Of a stretch of DNA of 41,895 nt, positions 36,762-41,895 are shown piece by piece. The notes beneath the pieces are model-generated. The model saw only the letters and a program-made list of their open reading frames with translations, ran no database searches and had not been told where the DNA came from. A program made the position numbers and the translations under genes. The first letter of the stretch is position 1, and each line of letters opens with the position of its first letter. Source of the DNA: Pseudomonadota bacterium (GTDB lineage: Bacteria > Bdellovibrionota_B > Oligoflexia > Oligoflexales > RGVZ01); assembly GCA_041178085.1 (NCBI GenBank), contig JBEGVZ010000102.1, positions 1 to 41,895 of the forward strand, in the 5' to 3' direction.

Positions 36762-36788
36762 TCATCGGATTTTTTATGGATTTCTTTA
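36762..36788 (-). promoter_or_regulatory. sigma28 (FliA)-type promoter
   Basis: Minus strand reads TAAA-GAAATCCATAAAAAA(15)-TCCGATGA, versus consensus TAAA-N15-GCCGATAA, about 25 nt upstream of ATG 36737. Confidence 0.65.
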
Positions 36789-36922
36789 GAAGCTGTGGGG
36801 AATTCCATAATCGAGCCGAAATCAGCTGGATTTTTGTAAGGTTGGGAACTGATTGGTCAGATTTTCGACAGGCACTTTCAATTGACCGGGAGCCCCTGGG
36901 GGTGTTACCCCTGTAGACCATT

Positions 36923-36999
36923 CGGGGTATAGCGCAGACTGGTAGCGCGCACGCTTGGGGTGCGTGAGGTCGTGGGTTCAAATCCCGCTACCCCGACCA
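36923..36999 (+). tRNA. tRNA-Pro(GGG)
   Basis: CGGGGTATAGCGCAGACTGGTAGCGCGCACGCTTGGGGTGCGTGAGGTCGTGGGTTCAAATCCCGCTACCCCGACCA. Anticodon loop TT-GGG-GT, encoded CCA. Confidence 0.96.
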
Positions 37000-37018
37000 T
37001 TTCCCCTCTTAGATTTGT

Positions 37019-38512
37019 TCAAGACGCAGCCTGTCCGGAACCTTTGTCGGAAAAGCGCTCAGCTTTGGCCAGCAACACGGCAAGATTTTGCCGCGGCTTG
37101 CAAACGGCAATGACCTGAAAGGCAAAAAGCGACGGCCAGATCCTGGCAGCGATGGTGTGCAATGCAGCTAGAAACCTGCCTGCGACCCCTGGCACAACAA
37201 AATCCCAGGGTGCCGGGACCGCAACTGTATCGAGAACCTCATACCCGGCGTTACGAACCATCCGCAGGAAGCTGTCACGGGTAAACAGGCGATTGTGATC
37301 CAGATCAAGAATGCCCTTGTCGCTGTAATTGAAAAAACCAAGGAGCAATGCGATGCGCACTGGTAGAAATGCGATATTGGGCGTGCAGAGGATCACCACC
37401 GGAGTCGTGTCTGACTTTTGAGAATTCCGGATCGCGATCAGAAAATCTTCCGGTCGCTGCAAGTGTTCAATCACGTCAAGGCACACCACTGCATCGAAGG
37501 CGGAAACATCAAGACGAAACTCATCACGATCCAAGTCCATGCGCGTGAACGAATCCCACTTCACCTTCTTCGAGTAGTCATCACAGTCGATACCATGAAT
37601 TGAGATACCAGCATCCTTCAGTCGCTGTGCCACAAAACCATTGCCACAACCGATATCCAGTACCTTCGCAGGCTTGAACGCCGTGAGTTTGCGAAGGGCG
37701 ATCCCGTGGGAAGACCACCGGCTTCCTGTCTTGTCCAGATATCGTTGCGACTGCGGGCGCCGGTACTGCGGTGAATTCAGGAAACCGGCGCGGATCATCC
37801 AGTAGTGTAGCGTTGCAACAAATACCTTCAGAGCATAGACGGGGCCATTCACGCGGCAGATTTCATTTCCGTAGTGAGCTTCGATGGGCTGTTCGACAAT
37901 GCGGGCCTCACTGTGGAACGCCTGCAACAGAATTTCCGTATCGAAGTGAAAGTCATTTGAGTTGAGGTCAAAGGCAAGACTTGCAAGGAACCTCACGGAG
38001 TATGCGCGCAGCCCGGTGTGATATTCAATCAACGACTGGCCTGTCATCCGGTTCTGCAAAAAGGTCAAAACCCTGTTGCCAAAATACTTGTACCTTGGCA
38101 TCCCGCCGGAACGGGCACTCCAATAGGACCAGGTCCGCGCCCCAAGGTATACATCAGCATTTTGCTGCTTCATGAGCGTCACTATCCCAGTGACACGCTC
38201 AGGTGCGTACTGCCCATCGCCGTGAATCAGGACAACCCGGTCGAATCCACGATCGATCGCGTAACGATAGCCAATCTTCTGGTTGCCGCCGTACCCCTGG
38301 TTGTCCCGGTTTCTAAGGACGATGAGGTTTTCCCGTCTGTTTTCCCTGCGCCATTCCTCTGCGATCAAGGCCGTCCGGTCAGAGGATGCGTCGTCGATAC
38401 AAAGAACCTCCCAGGATGGGTTGTTCCAGATGACCTGAGGGAAGCGGGACAGCACACTGCCAATGTGGGCCTCTGCCTCGTAAGCGACAATAATGACAAG
38501 GTTTCGCTCCAA
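37019..38512 (-). CDS. Bifunctional GT2 (DPM1-like) glycosyltransferase / class I SAM-dependent methyltransferase
   Basis: IDDASSD, NQGYGGNQK, HGDGQY and FHFDTE, followed by VLDIGCGNG, DVIEHL and TPN. TTG start with an AGGGAG RBS. Confidence 0.9.
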   Translation of the reverse strand: MERNLVIIVAYEAEAHIGSVLSRFPQVIWNNPSWEVLCIDDASSDRTALIAEEWRRENRRENLIVLRNRDNQGYGGNQKIGYRYAIDRGFDRVVLIHGDGQYAPERVTGIVTLMKQQNADVYLGARTWSYWSARSGGMPRYKYFGNRVLTFLQNRMTGQSLIEYHTGLRAYSVRFLASLAFDLNSNDFHFDTEILLQAFHSEARIVEQPIEAHYGNEICRVNGPVYALKVFVATLHYWMIRAGFLNSPQYRRPQSQRYLDKTGSRWSSHGIALRKLTAFKPAKVLDIGCGNGFVAQRLKDAGISIHGIDCDDYSKKVKWDSFTRMDLDRDEFRLDVSAFDAVVCLDVIEHLQRPEDFLIAIRNSQKSDTTPVVILCTPNIAFLPVRIALLLGFFNYSDKGILDLDHNRLFTRDSFLRMVRNAGYEVLDTVAVPAPWDFVVPGVAGRFLAALHTIAARIWPSLFAFQVIAVCKPRQNLAVLLAKAERFSDKGSGQAAS

Positions 38513-38775
38513 TCGTTGCTCCCTTCAAAAAGGATAGCAATGGTTGGCTGCAGAGACCAGCTTGTTGCGACGGTAACGCAAACCTGCGCCAGTGCCGGAC
38601 AAAACTCGAAAATTTGGTAAAATGCAAATTAAACTGCGACATCTTCTGCCCTAAATGCAGCAACAGGGAATTTGACAAGATTCCGTTTTTTTTGGGACTG
38701 AATCCGGGTCGTTACAAGTTTTTCCTTCACTCATCCGCGCGCCCTCCGAACGATCCCAAAATCTCGGAGATCGCC

Positions 38776-39666
38776 ATGGACTTTTCAAAAATTCAGGTGA
38801 AGAGAAAATCTTATTTGGGCGCACTGCAAATCTTGGCCCTGCTCACGGCCACCGGACTTGCCAGCAGGCAAGCATCAGGGGACGTCGTACAAGATCCAGG
38901 AACTCAAGAAGGTGTCGTTGGGGTAGAAAAACGCCCCGACTTCCTGATGGGTTCAATCGGGGACTCCATCACCGCAGGATTCGACTCCAGGCGTCCAGGC
39001 CCAAACAGGGAAATCAACTGGTCCACAGGCACCCGCAACGCAAGCAAGGTCAACAGCCATGTTTGGCGCCTGCGAAAAGCAATGCCCGAAAAGACGGTTG
39101 GAGCTGTGAATCTTGCAATATCCGGCAGCAAAGCTGCAGACGTCGTTGAGCAGGCAGCCAAGCTGGCCGTACAGCGACCTGATTATGTGACAGTGCTGGT
39201 CGGCGCGAACGACGTGTGCGCCTGGCCGGATGAGCACCGCATCGCGCTGCAAGCTTATGAAAACGACATGCGGAAAACCCTTGATTTGCTGGTTGCCAGC
39301 AACCCGGACGTCAGGATCATGGTCAGCGCCGTACCAAACATGCCCCTCCTGCAAAAAATCGGAGTGGCTAATAATTGTCAGGCGAAATGGTCCGTATTGA
39401 AGATATGCAAGCCGCTTCTGGCCGCAGATCGCACAGAGGATCAAAGAAAGGCGTTTGCAGCACGCTGGATCGACATGAACCAGGTGCTTGCGCGCGTTAG
39501 CGCCGACTACCCGCGACACGTACGTTTTGCCTCATCGGTCGCTGAACCCGTCTTCCACCATGGGCACTTGTCTCCCTACGATTGCTTTCATCCCAACACG
39601 GCAGGGCAGGACTTCCTTGCAGAGAAAACCTGGGAAGATGTGGATGGGGACCATTGGTTCCAATAA
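38776..39666 (+). CDS. Secreted SGNH/GDSL hydrolase
   Basis: GDSITAG, GAND and DCFHPN blocks. Start moved to MDFSK (ATG 38776, GGAGA RBS). Confidence 0.9.
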   Translation: MDFSKIQVKRKSYLGALQILALLTATGLASRQASGDVVQDPGTQEGVVGVEKRPDFLMGSIGDSITAGFDSRRPGPNREINWSTGTRNASKVNSHVWRLRKAMPEKTVGAVNLAISGSKAADVVEQAAKLAVQRPDYVTVLVGANDVCAWPDEHRIALQAYENDMRKTLDLLVASNPDVRIMVSAVPNMPLLQKIGVANNCQAKWSVLKICKPLLAADRTEDQRKAFAARWIDMNQVLARVSADYPRHVRFASSVAEPVFHHGHLSPYDCFHPNTAGQDFLAEKTWEDVDGDHWFQ

Positions 39667-39695
39667 AAAAACGGGACCGTTCGCGGTCCCGTTTT
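39665..39695. terminator. Bidirectional intrinsic terminator
   Basis: AAAAAAACGGGACCG-TTCG-CGGTCCCGTTTT between convergent genes. Confidence 0.88.
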
Positions 39696-39723
39696 CGTTA
39701 CGAATATATCGTGTCGTATTGTT

Positions 39724-40503
39724 TTACTCGACCCTGACATCACCAGGAGTGATGTTTCGTGATGCCCTGATGCGCACCCGGCCAACGAGGAAGTCATCGT
39801 TATCGCCACCCTCGACTCCAGCCGTCGTGTTGCGCTTTGACTCCACCAACACGCTATACCGGCCCTTGTTCAGGGTGCGCGCATTCAAGCCAGCGGTCAG
39901 TGCACCCGCCCGGATAAACCGGCTGTCGAGCGACTGGCTCCCACTTCCAACCAGGTTCACTGCGTTTGAGTCACTGTAATCAACACCGCAAACAGTGAGA
40001 ATATCGATGTCCACCAGAGTCGAATCTTCGAGCACTTCGAACTCGAAAAAATACTTGGTTCCACTGAGCGCATAGGAATTGATCTGACGCTGACAAGAGG
40101 ATGCCGGGTAACGACCGTCGCCGATGTGGAAAACCTTGTCGCCACCGAAAACAATTTCGCGATCCGTGCGGGTCACATCAATATTATTTCGGATCGTGTT
40201 GATGATGCCACCGATCGTCTGCACTGTGTTAGTTGTGCCGTTCTGGGGAGCCGAGGGGATTCCTGCCGGGGGGGCACCGTTGTTTCCTGTTCCCTGGGGA
40301 ACCGGACTACCGGGTGTACCCGTTCCCGATGGAGACACTGGCGAGGAAGGGTTACCGCCTGGAGCCACATTATTGTTTCCGGTCCGGCCTGCTCCGCCAC
40401 TGCCAGTGAACGAAGCAGTACCGCATGCGCTCAGGAGAGCCGCCACCGCAAAACCAGTCGTCATGCTACGGGAAAAAGAAAGGGTCAGTCTCATGGCCTG
40501 CAT
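39724..40503 (-). CDS. Lipoprotein with G/P/T/N-rich linker and C-terminal beta-rich domain
   Basis: Lipobox LSAC, long low-complexity tether, then a domain with two Cys and DNDDF. Exact start uncertain (40506, 40503 or 40494). Confidence 0.75.
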   Translation of the reverse strand: MQAMRLTLSFSRSMTTGFAVAALLSACGTASFTGSGGAGRTGNNNVAPGGNPSSPVSPSGTGTPGSPVPQGTGNNGAPPAGIPSAPQNGTTNTVQTIGGIINTIRNNIDVTRTDREIVFGGDKVFHIGDGRYPASSCQRQINSYALSGTKYFFEFEVLEDSTLVDIDILTVCGVDYSDSNAVNLVGSGSQSLDSRFIRAGALTAGLNARTLNKGRYSVLVESKRNTTAGVEGGDNDDFLVGRVRIRASRNITPGDVRVE

Positions 40504-40586
40504 CAACCTCCGCTTCAGCTGAAAGACACCAACAACAGCTCAACAGTCACTAGTCGGCAAGCACTTGCCCACCGAGAACTCGTCCC

Positions 40587-40613
40587 TTATCGGAATTTTC
40601 AGGAAAAACTTTA
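40587..40613 (-). promoter_or_regulatory. sigma28 (FliA)-type promoter
   Basis: Minus strand reads TAAA-GTTTTTCCTGAAAAT(15)-TCCGATAA, one mismatch from consensus, upstream of the 40503 lipoprotein. Confidence 0.7.
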
Positions 40614-40623
40614 GGAGTTTTTT

Positions 40624-40655
40624 AAAAAAAACCATTCCCGGAATGATTCCGGGAA
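40624..40655 (-). terminator. Intrinsic terminator of the cytochrome c-like gene
   Basis: TTCCCGGAAT-G-ATTCCGGGAA inverted repeat just after the stop at 40660, followed by TGGTTTTTTTT on the minus strand. Confidence 0.7.
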
Positions 40656-40659
40656 ATTA

Positions 40660-41895
40660 TCACTCATCCTTGACGATGGAATAAATCCGCCCCGCGGTGT
40701 GATTGACCCCGGTATCGAACGACCAGAGGAAGTCCGCCGGGAAATCCTTGAGTGCCTTGTCAAACCGGTTGTGAACGCCCTGGGCATAGCTGTCCCCGGG
40801 AGCAGCAAACTGATGACATCCGATGCAATTTGAGTCAGCCATGCCCTCCTCAAACTCAATGAAAGGGTTACTGCACCATGTGTAAAAACGACCATCCGGG
40901 GCACGTTTATCCTGCGCATAGCCAGCCCTGGTCGCCTCGGCCGCAGCGATCAGACCGGAATCCCAATGTGCGGCGGAGGTAAGAGCCGCAAACCGGTTCG
41001 CGTCGCCAGCGTTCATGACCGGATCTCCCTCCCGCCATGCCGATACAATGCACATCTTGTATTTCTGCCACGGCGAATACCAGGCCTTCAACATGGGCCC
41101 CTTACCAGCGCAGCTTTCTCCTGCTGGCATGCCAGCCGTTTCAACACGGCAAAGATCTGGGCGGTCTCCCCCGAAATCCCGGTCCGGTTCGTCGCCCCCC
41201 CACCAGAAGGAAACCCAAACCCACTCCTTGGTTTCCCGGGTGGTGACATGGATGCCTGTGAGCGCCCACTCCTTACCGTTGTCCAGTTTGACCCGGTAGA
41301 TCCCATCCGCTCCAGGGACCCTGATGGTGCGGGCCTTTCCGGTTTCCAAGGACTGGTCGGCGATGCGCCAAGTCCCAGCCTTCCCGCGCATGGCTGCCAT
41401 GCCAGCTGGTGACGTGTCGTAGTTGGCCAGCTCCGAGCTCCCTTCCGCCCGACCGGAACTTACAACCTGAGTCCAAGTCAACTTGACGGCGACCGCGCCA
41501 CGGGGAAGGGGGTTGCCAAAACAGGCACCAAATTCGTCATCAGAGAATCTCTGCAAAGCGACGCTGACCAGGCCCGCAGTTCGACCAGCTTCCTCCGGGC
41601 GAACCCTGAACGCGCTTTTACCATGGTCGGCCGTAACACCGTCGTTCCCGGCCTCCTGTTCAACGCAACGCACCACCGCCTCGTAGTTGAGCAGGTATGC
41701 CCTGACCAATTGGGGGCTGAAAAGCACCACACCCCGCCCATTGACCCCGGCGCTACCGCCAAATCCGTTCATGCCTCCGGCCCGCCGGGGGTCTTGCCGG
41801 ATCTGCCCCAGCATGTTTTGAAAGCGATCGAACAGGAGCTGGTTACGCCCTGCGGTAATGGCACCTTGTTCGTGATATTGAGTCCATGCGGAGCT
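40660..41895 (-). CDS. Uncharacterised c-type cytochrome-like protein (5' end outside the window)
   Basis: The frame stays open from 41814 to the window edge. Has AVKLTW, GIHVTTRE..WVWVSFWW, SNPFIE, heme-binding CIGCH and DFLWSF. Confidence 0.7.
   Translation of the reverse strand, partial: SSAWTQYHEQGAITAGRNQLLFDRFQNMLGQIRQDPRRAGGMNGFGGSAGVNGRGVVLFSPQLVRAYLLNYEAVVRCVEQEAGNDGVTADHGKSAFRVRPEEAGRTAGLVSVALQRFSDDEFGACFGNPLPRGAVAVKLTWTQVVSSGRAEGSSELANYDTSPAGMAAMRGKAGTWRIADQSLETGKARTIRVPGADGIYRVKLDNGKEWALTGIHVTTRETKEWVWVSFWWGGDEPDRDFGGDRPDLCRVETAGMPAGESCAGKGPMLKAWYSPWQKYKMCIVSAWREGDPVMNAGDANRFAALTSAAHWDSGLIAAAEATRAGYAQDKRAPDGRFYTWCSNPFIEFEEGMADSNCIGCHQFAAPGDSYAQGVHNRFDKALKDFPADFLWSFDTGVNHTAGRIYSIVKDE

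Noticed and set aside
36923..41895. Genomic island integrated at tRNA-Pro or tRNA-Val
   Set aside because: No integrase and no duplicated tRNA 3' end seen in the window. An island extending beyond the window cannot be excluded.

Overview
Gene-dense bacterial chromosomal segment, moderately GC-rich, with no transposase, integrase, phage gene or CRISPR array that I can see. The gene content suggests Bdellovibrionota/Oligoflexia or a related lineage formerly classed as Deltaproteobacteria (inference only): many novel lipoproteins, large TPR proteins, an orphan motAB and FliA-type promoters. Recognisable genes include an SRAP/HMCES peptidase, a RluA-family synthase, yfbR, tRNA-Val(CAC), tRNA-Val(TAC), tRNA-Pro(GGG), a metzincin lipoprotein, motAB, an M48 peptidase, rppH, a lytic transglycosylase with a TPR cluster, a GT2-methyltransferase fusion and an SGNH hydrolase. 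The main finding is an SOS mutagenesis cassette, lexA-imuA-imuB-dnaE2, with four unusual features. (i) A palindrome ACCATA-N6-TATGGT sits on the -10 elements of both imuA and imuB, a candidate new LexA box. (ii) An antisense CAP-domain lipoprotein gene is wedged between imuB and dnaE2 with only 16 and 20 bp of spacer. (iii) ImuB is strongly diverged. (iv) ImuB carries an in-frame 12-bp tandem repeat. Other highlights are a sigma28-driven three-lipoprotein operon containing two paralogues of an unrecognised family, a Glt-like TPR/lytic transglycosylase envelope cluster, a perfect CRP-family box upstream of the metzincin, and an uncharacterised c-type cytochrome. All calls come from motif reading only; no database searches were run.
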